From positions 1 to 64,000 of the forward strand of contig JAEOTM010000133.1 of assembly GCA_016839815.1 (NCBI GenBank): DNA of 64,000 nucleotides. The letters are read 5' to 3'. Under the pieces are notes generated by a model. It saw nothing but the letters and a program-made list of their open reading frames with translations, made no database searches and was not told where the DNA came from. This DNA is from Candidatus Hodarchaeota archaeon (GTDB lineage Archaea; Asgardarchaeota; Heimdallarchaeia; Hodarchaeales; Hodarchaeaceae). A program made the position numbers and the translations under genes. Below, piece by piece: positions 20,417-29,185 of the stretch (position 1 is its first letter; the number at the start of each line of letters is the position of its first letter).

Positions 20417-21973
20417 ATGACAATTATGAATGATGAGGACCTCCTTTATACTCAAGAAGAACTCGCTTTTAGAGAGAAGGCGAGGGAATTCGTCAAAAAA
20501 ACGATTACTCCAGTAGCAAAGGATGTTGAAACCCGAGCACCATGGCCAGAAGATGAATGGAGAAAGCTGATGGGTAAAATGGGAGAAGAGGGGTATACTG
20601 GATTAATGATACCTAAGAAATATGGTGGTGGAGGAAAATCTTTACTTTATCAATTAATAGCAGGTGAGGAAATATCTGCTGTAAGTCCTGCTCTTACAAT
20701 GGGATTTGGAGCAAGTTGTACATTATCAGCAATACCAATTCTCCGTTTCGGTACAGAAGAACAGAAGGAAAAATACCTGAAACCAATAGCTGAGGGAACA
20801 GCTCTTGGAGCATTAGGAATAACTGAACCCAATGTAGGTAGCGATACTGCAGGTATGCAGACTACTGCTACCTGGGATGAAAATAAACAAGTATGGATAC
20901 TTACGGGAGAAAAACGCTTCATCACCAATGCCTCCATTGCAGACCAAATTATCATTTTTGCGTTAACAGATTCCAATGTGGATAGTAAATCTGGGATGAC
21001 TGCCTTTATTATTGAACCGAGTTGGCCTGGGTTCTCAGTAATTCAAGATTTCGATCTAATGGGAAGAAGAGGAGTTCATAATACGCTTTTCAAGATGGAA
21101 GCGATGGAAGTTCCTCCTGAAAATGTTTTAGGCAAAAAAAACCAAGGATTTCTCATTTTAATGGATGAACTAGATACTGAAAGAGTGGGAATTGCAGCTG
21201 AAGCATTGGGGTGTATGCGACAACCATTTGAGGTAGCTGTAGAACACTCAATGAAGAGAGTACAATTTGGAAGGCCTATCTCACGGTTTGAAGGGATTTC
21301 ATTTAAAATCGCTGATATGGCAACTCAAATGCGTGCGGCCAGATTAATGACTGTATCAGCCGCGCGTATGATTGAAAAAGGATTAATAGCTACTAAAGAG
21401 GCGACCATGGCTAAATTATTTGCAACTGAAACATCTGTAAAACTTACTGATTTAGCAATTCAAATACTTGGAGGAGAGGGGTATGTTAAAGATTTTTCCG
21501 GTATTGAAAAGTTTTATCGGGATGCCAGGTTGGGAACTATAGGTGGAGGAACATCGGAAATTATGCGATTCTTAATTCAAAGAGAAGTATACATAGAGGC
21601 TAAGAGGGGAAAAATCCAAAGACGCGAAGATGTTACGGTCGATTTTGATACCATGATGTCAATGATTCCTAAAGGATTTCGGTCTGATCGTGCAGAGGGA
21701 GTTTCTGCATTAATCCAATTTGAATTCTCTGACAACAAAAATTGGTTGTTATCAATTAATGAGCAAGCTTGCTCTGTAGAACAGGGAAACTCCGATTCGG
21801 CCTTAATGACAGTAAAAACGACTTCAGAGGTGTGGAAAAATATCATGCTGGGAAAAACAGATGCTATGAATGCAATGATGGCTGGCAAAATTGAAATCAC
21901 AACAGATGATATGGATCTACTGATGAAATTTGCTCGTATGTTTAAATTCTCTTCAGATCTATTCGTGATCTAA
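20417..21973 (+). CDS. Acyl-CoA dehydrogenase fused to a C-terminal SCP2 (sterol carrier protein-2-like) domain
   Basis: GITEPNVGSD, GEKRFITNA, RVQFGRPI, YRDARLGTIGGGTSEIMR; then GFRSDRAEGVSALIQFEF...AMNAMMAGKIEI..DMDLLMKFARMF (SCP2 pattern). Confidence 0.88.
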   Translation: MTIMNDEDLLYTQEELAFREKAREFVKKTITPVAKDVETRAPWPEDEWRKLMGKMGEEGYTGLMIPKKYGGGGKSLLYQLIAGEEISAVSPALTMGFGASCTLSAIPILRFGTEEQKEKYLKPIAEGTALGALGITEPNVGSDTAGMQTTATWDENKQVWILTGEKRFITNASIADQIIIFALTDSNVDSKSGMTAFIIEPSWPGFSVIQDFDLMGRRGVHNTLFKMEAMEVPPENVLGKKNQGFLILMDELDTERVGIAAEALGCMRQPFEVAVEHSMKRVQFGRPISRFEGISFKIADMATQMRAARLMTVSAARMIEKGLIATKEATMAKLFATETSVKLTDLAIQILGGEGYVKDFSGIEKFYRDARLGTIGGGTSEIMRFLIQREVYIEAKRGKIQRREDVTVDFDTMMSMIPKGFRSDRAEGVSALIQFEFSDNKNWLLSINEQACSVEQGNSDSALMTVKTTSEVWKNIMLGKTDAMNAMMAGKIEITTDDMDLLMKFARMFKFSSDLFVI

Positions 21974-21987
21974 CTATTTCAAAACTA

Positions 21988-23655
21988 ATGAGGTTGAGTT
22001 TAATGAAATTTTTTGGTCATTTAATTAAAGGAGAAATATCTTCAGAATCTAAGAAAGTAGGAACTTTTCCTAATGTTGAAAAAACTATCCAAGATCCTCG
22101 AATTCTTTACGCTTCAGCATTAAATCAACAAAGTCCCCTAAATAAAACTCTAGCAAAGCGTTTTCCTTCATTATTACCTAATAGATCCCCTGAAATTCGG
22201 TTACTCAAGGATTACATCAAAGTCCATGGATGGCCTGAAGCATCACCCTCTGAAATATCCGAGATAAATTTTGCACAATTTGCTATTGGAGGGGTAAAGG
22301 AGACAGCTGAGGCTGTGGATGAGGCTATAAAAATTAAGAAACTTATGCATAGGGAATTAAGGGAAGGAAAAGGGTTATCTCTTGAGGATCGCGGAGAAAG
22401 TGTCACCGTGATGAATAAATTCATGTGGGATCATTATGATGTTTTTAAGGAGATAGCGATCGCAGAAGGTACTCCCGTAAAATTGTTTGATTGGCAAGCA
22501 AGAAATGTGTTTAAGGCTTTAAATGATAATTTGGTGAAATTTGCATCTGAAAGAATCTCTCCTAAAGAAATCCCCTGTAGTCTAGAAGGGGAAAAAACAT
22601 ACGTACATCGTTATCCATTTGGGGCAGTAGGAATCTTTCCTCCCTATAATGCCGCTCTGGGTCTCGGTTTCTTAGCAATTTTTTCATCCTATTTTGCTGG
22701 GAACGCTACAGTCACCCGTACTCCAACTCGAGTCCCCTTGACTAATATGGAGCTCGCCTATGTGCTTCGTAATGTTATGGAAGAAATGGATTTTCCCATT
22801 AGTGCTTTTCAAGCTATAATTGGCCCTGGAAGGCCAATTGCTAATTATATGGTTAATGACTCACCATTGAATGCTATGGTCTATTATGGAGACTCTGATG
22901 TCGGTCTTCAACTCATGAGCAAGGCTATCAGACGTGGTATGCATTTTGTTCCTGAATTAGCAGGAAGTGGAGCAAGCTTAGTGTGGAAGGATGTTGACAT
23001 AGATAAAGTTACAGATTACATTGTTCACGCACGCTTTTTTGGTTCAGGCCAGATCTGTCTAGCTGCAAAACGCTTATTTTTGCACGAGAGTATCTATGAT
23101 GATTTCATTTCAGTTTTAGTAGAAAAAGCAGAAAAACTAGTACCTGGTTTACCTTCTGATCCAAAAACGGATTTACCTCTAATCGGGACTCGTGCCCTCT
23201 ATCAAATCGTAGACATGACAGCCGAAGCTGTTCAGAAAGGAGCAAAAATCGAAACAGGAGGATTTAGAACTAATTATGCGGGTGAAAAGGATGCCGCGGG
23301 GTTATTTTACAAACCAACCATTTTATCAGATGTTAATTTGAGTTGCAAAATGTGGTATCATGAAACATTCGGCCCTGTACTTCCTGTGATGAAAATTAAA
23401 GATTTTGAACAGGCAATCAATCAGGCAAACAATTCCCCATATGGATTACGAACATCAGTCTACACAGCTGACTCTAAAATCGCTAATCGGTTTTTTGATG
23501 AAATAGAGGCACCAGGAATCTCAATAAACACCGATCATCTTCATTTCGACGACTTTTATCCTCACCTAGGAGGACTCAAAACATCAGGAGTATTTGGTGG
23601 TAAATACTTTTATGAAATATTATCCTACATGAAGTATAGGCATTTTCCCTCATAA
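21988..23655 (+). CDS. Aldehyde dehydrogenase superfamily protein with an N-terminal extension
   Basis: PFGAVGIFPPYN, catalytic Glu in PELAGS, catalytic Cys in GQICLAAKR, ETFGPV, ANNSPYGL, GGLKTSG. Confidence 0.88.
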   Translation: MRLSLMKFFGHLIKGEISSESKKVGTFPNVEKTIQDPRILYASALNQQSPLNKTLAKRFPSLLPNRSPEIRLLKDYIKVHGWPEASPSEISEINFAQFAIGGVKETAEAVDEAIKIKKLMHRELREGKGLSLEDRGESVTVMNKFMWDHYDVFKEIAIAEGTPVKLFDWQARNVFKALNDNLVKFASERISPKEIPCSLEGEKTYVHRYPFGAVGIFPPYNAALGLGFLAIFSSYFAGNATVTRTPTRVPLTNMELAYVLRNVMEEMDFPISAFQAIIGPGRPIANYMVNDSPLNAMVYYGDSDVGLQLMSKAIRRGMHFVPELAGSGASLVWKDVDIDKVTDYIVHARFFGSGQICLAAKRLFLHESIYDDFISVLVEKAEKLVPGLPSDPKTDLPLIGTRALYQIVDMTAEAVQKGAKIETGGFRTNYAGEKDAAGLFYKPTILSDVNLSCKMWYHETFGPVLPVMKIKDFEQAINQANNSPYGLRTSVYTADSKIANRFFDEIEAPGISINTDHLHFDDFYPHLGGLKTSGVFGGKYFYEILSYMKYRHFPS

Positions 23656-23685
23656 AGTGCACATATTCAAAGTTGTGAAGTAATC

Positions 23686-24306
23686 TTGGTGATCAAAGGG
23701 GTATTGTTTGATTTAGGTGGAGTATTAATCGATAATCCTGCAGAAGAAATGAAATCATATATTATGAATCTGCTTGACGTTAGTCCTGATAAATTGCAAT
23801 CACTCACCTCCCCTTTAATGCCCCTGTTCCAGAAAGGAATGATTGAGGAAGGGGAGTTCTGGAAACGAGTATTTAGTGAGATTCCCATGATTGACAATCT
23901 ACCTCCTTCAATTTGGACTGAAGCAATAAAAAGATCTTATTCTCCACGAGACTACATGTTCACACTAGCTTCGGACCTTAAAGCACATGGATTGAAAATT
24001 GGAATCTTGTCCAATACTGAAGTTCCAGTTGTAAACTTTCTTTCTAAAATAGACTTTTCTATTTTTGATGTACTATTATATTCTTGTTTAGAAGGAACGA
24101 GAAAACCTGAAAAAGAGATATATCTACTTGCCACTAAACGTATGGGAGTTAAAGCCGAAGAATTAATTTTTATTGATGATTTTGAAGAAAATGTTCAAGC
24201 AGGAATCGAAAATGGAATGCACAGTATTTTATATACCTCTTATTCGCACTTCTATAAAGAGCTTGAAAAACTGACGAGAAATTTTCCTCTAAACAATAAA
24301 TATTAA
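23686..24306 (+). CDS. HAD-family phosphatase (YihX-like)
   Basis: FDLGGVL, LSNT, RKPEKEIY, FIDD. Confidence 0.88.
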   Translation: MVIKGVLFDLGGVLIDNPAEEMKSYIMNLLDVSPDKLQSLTSPLMPLFQKGMIEEGEFWKRVFSEIPMIDNLPPSIWTEAIKRSYSPRDYMFTLASDLKAHGLKIGILSNTEVPVVNFLSKIDFSIFDVLLYSCLEGTRKPEKEIYLLATKRMGVKAEELIFIDDFEENVQAGIENGMHSILYTSYSHFYKELEKLTRNFPLNNKY

Positions 24307-24367
24307 ACTATATACAAGGTTACAGGAGTATAGGAAAAATTTTTACTTCTCTTTCTATGGTGTTATA

Positions 24368-25114
24368 TTGAACTCAATCAAAACAATTTCACTGGATCTT
24401 TTCGAAACATTAGTTCATTTTAACGCTAAGGAATTTAATTCTCGTGTAACACTTGAAAAAGCTCTTCAATCTCATCCCAATGTTCCCGAAATCCCATTTG
24501 AAGATCTCTACTCTCAATATTACACGATTGTACGCAAGAAAATGCGTGATTACACTACCGAAATTGAATTTCGCAATGATGAAATCTTATTACAGATTTG
24601 GGAAAATTATCAGTTTCCAGTAACTGCTAACCTAGAAAAAACTGCTTTCAAAGTGATGACATCTTATTTCTCTGATGTGACACACTTAGTTTCTCCCTTC
24701 AAGGGTGTGTATAACACACTTGATTATTTGATTGACAAGGAGATTCAACTAATTCTTTTGTCAAATCATAGTTGGGCACCAAATGGTTGGGAATTAATTG
24801 AGTATTACAATTTAACAGATTATTTTACAAAAATAATCTTCTCTGCAGATGTTGGTTACAAAAAACCCTCTCCTAAGATATTCCACTTCATTAATGAATC
24901 ATTTCCAGATTCAAATTCCTCGGAGATTCTCCATATCGGAGATGATATCTTAGCAGATGTTGGCGGAGCACTTAGATACGGAATAAAAGCATTGTGGATT
25001 GAAAATTCACGATTTAACACTCTTACAGATAATTACTCAAACCATCCCAACTATTTAGGTAAAATTTCGAATATTCGAGACCTTCCCACCTTTCTTGAAC
25101 AGAATTTTGTATAA
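24368..25114 (+). CDS. HAD-family hydrolase
   Basis: LDLFETL, LSNH, KKPSPKIF, HIGDDILADVGGA. Confidence 0.85.
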   Translation: MNSIKTISLDLFETLVHFNAKEFNSRVTLEKALQSHPNVPEIPFEDLYSQYYTIVRKKMRDYTTEIEFRNDEILLQIWENYQFPVTANLEKTAFKVMTSYFSDVTHLVSPFKGVYNTLDYLIDKEIQLILLSNHSWAPNGWELIEYYNLTDYFTKIIFSADVGYKKPSPKIFHFINESFPDSNSSEILHIGDDILADVGGALRYGIKALWIENSRFNTLTDNYSNHPNYLGKISNIRDLPTFLEQNFV

Positions 25115-25193
25115 ACATAACTCTTTTACAGGTGGAGAGAATCGCTTCCTAACTTCAGATAGAAGGTTTAATGATAATTCTTGGGTGATAGAT

Positions 25194-25748
25194 ATGCAGA
25201 CTTATGTTAAGCAATCATTTAAGGATCAATTAGAACAAATATCAGATGAAGAGTTAAGAAAAAAAGTTATAGACGTCTGTGTCGAAGCTTTACGACTTGG
25301 TAATGATGAAAAAGGGTGGACTGATATGGATTTTCCATTCACACTCTTGATTCCAAACTTAAAGGTAAGTTATGCGGATCATGTCCGCATTGTAACAAAT
25401 TTAGCAATTCAATCGGCAAAAATTCTTATCGAAAGTGGAGTTCCCATCAATCTTGATGTTTTAATAGCGAGTGCTATATTACATGATGTGGGCAAACCAA
25501 TTGAATATGCCAAAAATCCAGATGGCACTGTTGGAAAATCAGATACTGGAAATCGCTTAAGACATCCAGTCACTGGAGCTGGATTAGCACTTAAACACGA
25601 AATGGCATATGAAATCGTTCAGAATATTTATCAACATTCGTGGGAAGGAGAACGAGGTCCAGGACGGACAGCAGAAGGGGAGATCCTTCATCGCTGTGAT
25701 TTCCTCCACTACGGACCTTTAAAAATATCAATGAGTAAAGGGAATTAA
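25194..25748 (+). CDS. HD-domain metal-dependent phosphohydrolase
   Basis: DHVR, ILHDVGK, RHPVTG, QHS, HRCD. Start moved to ATG 25194 behind GGTGA. Confidence 0.85.
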   Translation: MQTYVKQSFKDQLEQISDEELRKKVIDVCVEALRLGNDEKGWTDMDFPFTLLIPNLKVSYADHVRIVTNLAIQSAKILIESGVPINLDVLIASAILHDVGKPIEYAKNPDGTVGKSDTGNRLRHPVTGAGLALKHEMAYEIVQNIYQHSWEGERGPGRTAEGEILHRCDFLHYGPLKISMSKGN

Positions 25749-25760
25749 GGAGAGGAAAAA

Positions 25761-26897
25761 ATGAGTAAACAATACAAAATTGGATTTCTTCCAGGTGATG
25801 GAATCGGAGTAGACGTCTTAGAGGCTTCTAAAGCGATCTTGGATATAGCTGATTTTAATGCGGAATATATCCCATTAGATATTGGTTTTAAGATTTTTGA
25901 AAAGGAAGGGGATGCATTACCTTCTCGTACCATCGACGCATTGAAAAAATGTGACGCGGCATTATTTGGAGCAATTACAAGTAAACCACGAACTGATCCA
26001 AGTGTTCAAAAGGTAGAAAAAGAGTTTAGTGTAACTTATCGTTCACCTATTGTACGATTGCGGCAGGTTTTTGATCTATACAGCAATATGCGACCCTCCA
26101 AAAGTTATGAGGGTAACCCGTTAAATTTTAGAAAAATCGATGGATCTATTCCGCACATTGACATTGTAACGTTCCGAGAAAATACCCAAGGTCTGTACAG
26201 TGGGGTCGAATTTGAAAGTTTAATTCCTGAATTAAAAACAATTGATAAGTTTGAAGCATTCCAAGCGAGAACAGGTGCCTCTGATGACGACATTCGAGTC
26301 AGTTGTCGTGTTTTTACGAAAGCTGGATGTGATAGAATTATTCGTAAAGCTTTTGAGTATGCTAAGACGACGGGTCGCAATAAAGTAACTGTTGTTCACA
26401 AAGCTAATGTGATTCGAGCTACTGATGGTTTATTCCTGGAAACTGCTAAAGCAATTGCTTCTGAATATCCAGAAGTAGAATGGTGGGATGAGAATATAGA
26501 TGCGACAGCCATGTGGTTAATGAAACGGCCTGATGAATATTCTGTGATTGTTTCATCGAATATGTTTGGCGATATCATCACTGACCAAGCTGCAATGCTC
26601 AGTGGTGGTCTTGGATTTGCAGCTTCGGCCTCAACATCAAAAGAATTTGGTGTATTCGAACCAAATCATGGTAGTGCTCCCAAATATGCTGGACAAAATA
26701 AAGTAAATCCTATAGCCGCCATAAAATCAATTGCATTGATGTGGGAATGGTTAGGAGAAATTAAACTATCAAATAATCTTGAAGCTGCAATTACTGAAAA
26801 TGTAAAAAATGGTAAAGTTCGTACTTACGATATGGGTGGAACAAGTACTACAACTGGCGTCGCCAATGACATTGCTCGAATTTTCGGAGAGAAATAG
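25761..26897 (+). CDS. Isocitrate/isopropylmalate (homoisocitrate-like) dehydrogenase
   Basis: PGDGIG, LFGAITSKP, YRSPIVRLRQVFDLYSNMRP, FRENTQGLYSG, HKANV, NMFGDIITD, FEPNHGSAP. Substrate not determinable from motifs alone. Confidence 0.9.
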   Translation: MSKQYKIGFLPGDGIGVDVLEASKAILDIADFNAEYIPLDIGFKIFEKEGDALPSRTIDALKKCDAALFGAITSKPRTDPSVQKVEKEFSVTYRSPIVRLRQVFDLYSNMRPSKSYEGNPLNFRKIDGSIPHIDIVTFRENTQGLYSGVEFESLIPELKTIDKFEAFQARTGASDDDIRVSCRVFTKAGCDRIIRKAFEYAKTTGRNKVTVVHKANVIRATDGLFLETAKAIASEYPEVEWWDENIDATAMWLMKRPDEYSVIVSSNMFGDIITDQAAMLSGGLGFAASASTSKEFGVFEPNHGSAPKYAGQNKVNPIAAIKSIALMWEWLGEIKLSNNLEAAITENVKNGKVRTYDMGGTSTTTGVANDIARIFGEK

Positions 26898-27066
26898 CTC
26901 TCCTCATATTTCTTTTTTCATTTTAGGATTAGATAAGTTCGAAATTCTGAATTAAATTCTTTTTAATTCGGTTCTAATATCTTCCTCTTAATCAGAGAGA
27001 GGTTAATGAACAACCTGAAGATTACTCTCCATGAGAAGGATTTAAGAATTACTTGAGGATGTATAA

Positions 27067-27648
27067 ATGAACTTAAACTCGAAAAAAGAATTAGAAGAAA
27101 GGATAAGCGAACTAGAAAAAGAGATGTGGGAGAAAGAAAAAGAGGTAGTTGGATTAAAAAAGACTCTTTCAGAAAAGGATGTTCACGATTATAAATTTGA
27201 CACCCTAAACGGTAAGGTGTCTCTTTCCGAACTATTTGGAGATAATCAAGATTTAATCGTAATACATAATATGGGAAAGAAATGCCCTTATTGTACGATG
27301 TGGGCTGATGGATTTAATGGATTACTCCATCATTTAACGGATCGGGCGGCATTTATTGTGGTTTCACCTGATGATCCTGCAGTCCAACAAGAATTTGCTA
27401 AAAGGCGAAATTGGAAATTTACACTTGTATCAGCTAAATCAAATTCCTTCACCAAAGACATGGGTTATGAATTTGAAAACAAGAAATATATGCCTGGGGT
27501 ATCTGTATTTTACAAAAATGATACAGGAGAGATTATACGAACTGGAATGGACGTATTTGGCCCAGGTGATAATTATAACAGTCCATGGCATCTATTCCAA
27601 TTACTCAAAGATGGAGTAAATGAATGGAGCCCCAAATTTGAATATTAA
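27067..27648 (+). CDS. DUF899-family thioredoxin-like protein
   Basis: VSLSELFG..QDLIVIHNMGKKCPYCTMWADG, MPGVSVF; N-terminal coiled coil. Confidence 0.8.
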   Translation: MNLNSKKELEERISELEKEMWEKEKEVVGLKKTLSEKDVHDYKFDTLNGKVSLSELFGDNQDLIVIHNMGKKCPYCTMWADGFNGLLHHLTDRAAFIVVSPDDPAVQQEFAKRRNWKFTLVSAKSNSFTKDMGYEFENKKYMPGVSVFYKNDTGEIIRTGMDVFGPGDNYNSPWHLFQLLKDGVNEWSPKFEY

Positions 27649-27736
27649 CTTTTTTTAATGAGTAGTGGGAAAATAATACAACTAAGAAAGTGTATCTAAA
27701 CCAAGAGATGTTTCTTCAAATTAGAGGCAGATAATC

Positions 27737-28783
27737 ATGTCTTTCGGTATAAATTTGATACAATCTGGGTTGAGATTTCTTCAGGTTGACCCTAACCATT
27801 ATTTTTGGTTTTTTTCAAATTTATTAATGCTCATTGTAGTTTGTTGTGGAATAGCGTTAGTTATCTATGGAATGAAGAGAACAGTTACCTTGAAAACAGG
27901 TTCTGGTCCATGGATAATATTTGGACTCAGTCTAACCCTTCCTTCCATATTAAATGAAATTTTTGATGAATTTGAAATCATCATCAGCGGAAATTTCTAT
28001 CCTGATATTCTTTATGATTTCATCTTTACATTTTCTCCATTATTCACACTTTTGGGTTCCTTAGCTCTCATTGTGGGGATATATCGTCAGTTTTTGGTCG
28101 GAGAAAATCTAAGTCAGGAAATGATGAGGAAAAATGTGGAACTCGAATTTCAAAGGCAGGAATTAAGTAAATTTGCTCATACTCTGAAACATGATTTAAG
28201 GAACGAACTCGCTTTAATCTTAACCACAACCGAACTTATTGAAAGGAAGGGATCATTTGATACTGATGAAATTGAACTTATAAAGCGAAGAACACGTCAA
28301 ATTACCTCCTTAATTAATCGTTCTATAGAATTAGCGGATGCTGGACTAATTGTAGGTGAAAAAATCAAAATAAACCTCAATAAACTTTTACAAGAAGTAG
28401 CCGAGGCAACAGTACCCCCATCCATTATATTTACCACAGCTGATCTCCCCCCTTTATATGCTGACAGGGATAAATTATATCAGGTTTTTAAAAATTTACT
28501 TGAAAACGCAGTCATACATGCAAAACCAAAAACAATTGAAATTGCTTCTAAACATACCGATGAGGAAGTACATATCCTTCTTACTCATGATGGAAAGCCA
28601 GTACGAGTAGATATTCGGTCTAAAATGTTCCAAGAGGAAGTTATGGTTCACGAAGGTGATGCAGGGATGGGATTAAGAATCATCACTCGCATAGTGGAAG
28701 CTCATGGATGGGAAATTATGTTAGACAATACGGGAAGAACGGTCGTAATTATTATACCACAAGAAACATTAGTACGAGACTAG
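27737..28783 (+). CDS. Membrane sensor histidine kinase
   Basis: Three N-terminal hydrophobic helices, H-box KHDLRNEL, N-box NLLENAVIH, GMGLRII..IVEAHGWEI. Confidence 0.88.
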   Translation: MSFGINLIQSGLRFLQVDPNHYFWFFSNLLMLIVVCCGIALVIYGMKRTVTLKTGSGPWIIFGLSLTLPSILNEIFDEFEIIISGNFYPDILYDFIFTFSPLFTLLGSLALIVGIYRQFLVGENLSQEMMRKNVELEFQRQELSKFAHTLKHDLRNELALILTTTELIERKGSFDTDEIELIKRRTRQITSLINRSIELADAGLIVGEKIKINLNKLLQEVAEATVPPSIIFTTADLPPLYADRDKLYQVFKNLLENAVIHAKPKTIEIASKHTDEEVHILLTHDGKPVRVDIRSKMFQEEVMVHEGDAGMGLRIITRIVEAHGWEIMLDNTGRTVVIIIPQETLVRD

Positions 28784-28787
28784 GAGA

Positions 28788-29066
28788 ATGGGAATCAAAG
28801 TCATTTTTTTTGGTCCATTGGAACGATGGGCTGGGAAACGCGAGTTTATTGCTGAAGGAAATTCAATTATGGAAATTTTTGAATATCTTGAAGAAGCAAT
28901 TGGTAAGTCTCTGATCAATCACATTGCTAAACCCGACACAGGCGAAATAAAAAGTCATTTTCATGTACTCTTAAATGGTATCGACACAGATTCAAAAGAA
29001 TGTCTGACCATTTCTGTAAAGAAGGGAGATATTGTAACTATCGTCCCACCCATTGGTGGAGGATAA
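28788..29066 (+). CDS. MoaD/ThiS/SAMP ubiquitin-like sulfur carrier
   Basis: IKVIFFG, VLLNG, GDIVTIVPPIGGG C-terminus. Confidence 0.9.
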   Translation: MGIKVIFFGPLERWAGKREFIAEGNSIMEIFEYLEEAIGKSLINHIAKPDTGEIKSHFHVLLNGIDTDSKECLTISVKKGDIVTIVPPIGGG

Positions 29067-29185
29067 TTTAAAGCCTTAATTATTTAATCTCTGTATATTA
29101 AATCTAAATCTGTCATGAGAAAAATTTAAATGAAAAAGTTCATTTAACAGACTCAAATCATTTATAATCAACTTCCTCACAAAAG

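Noticed and set aside
28788-29066. Eukaryote-type ubiquitin
   Set aside because: The sequence pattern is MoaD/SAMP-like, and no E1/E2/E3 genes are adjacent.
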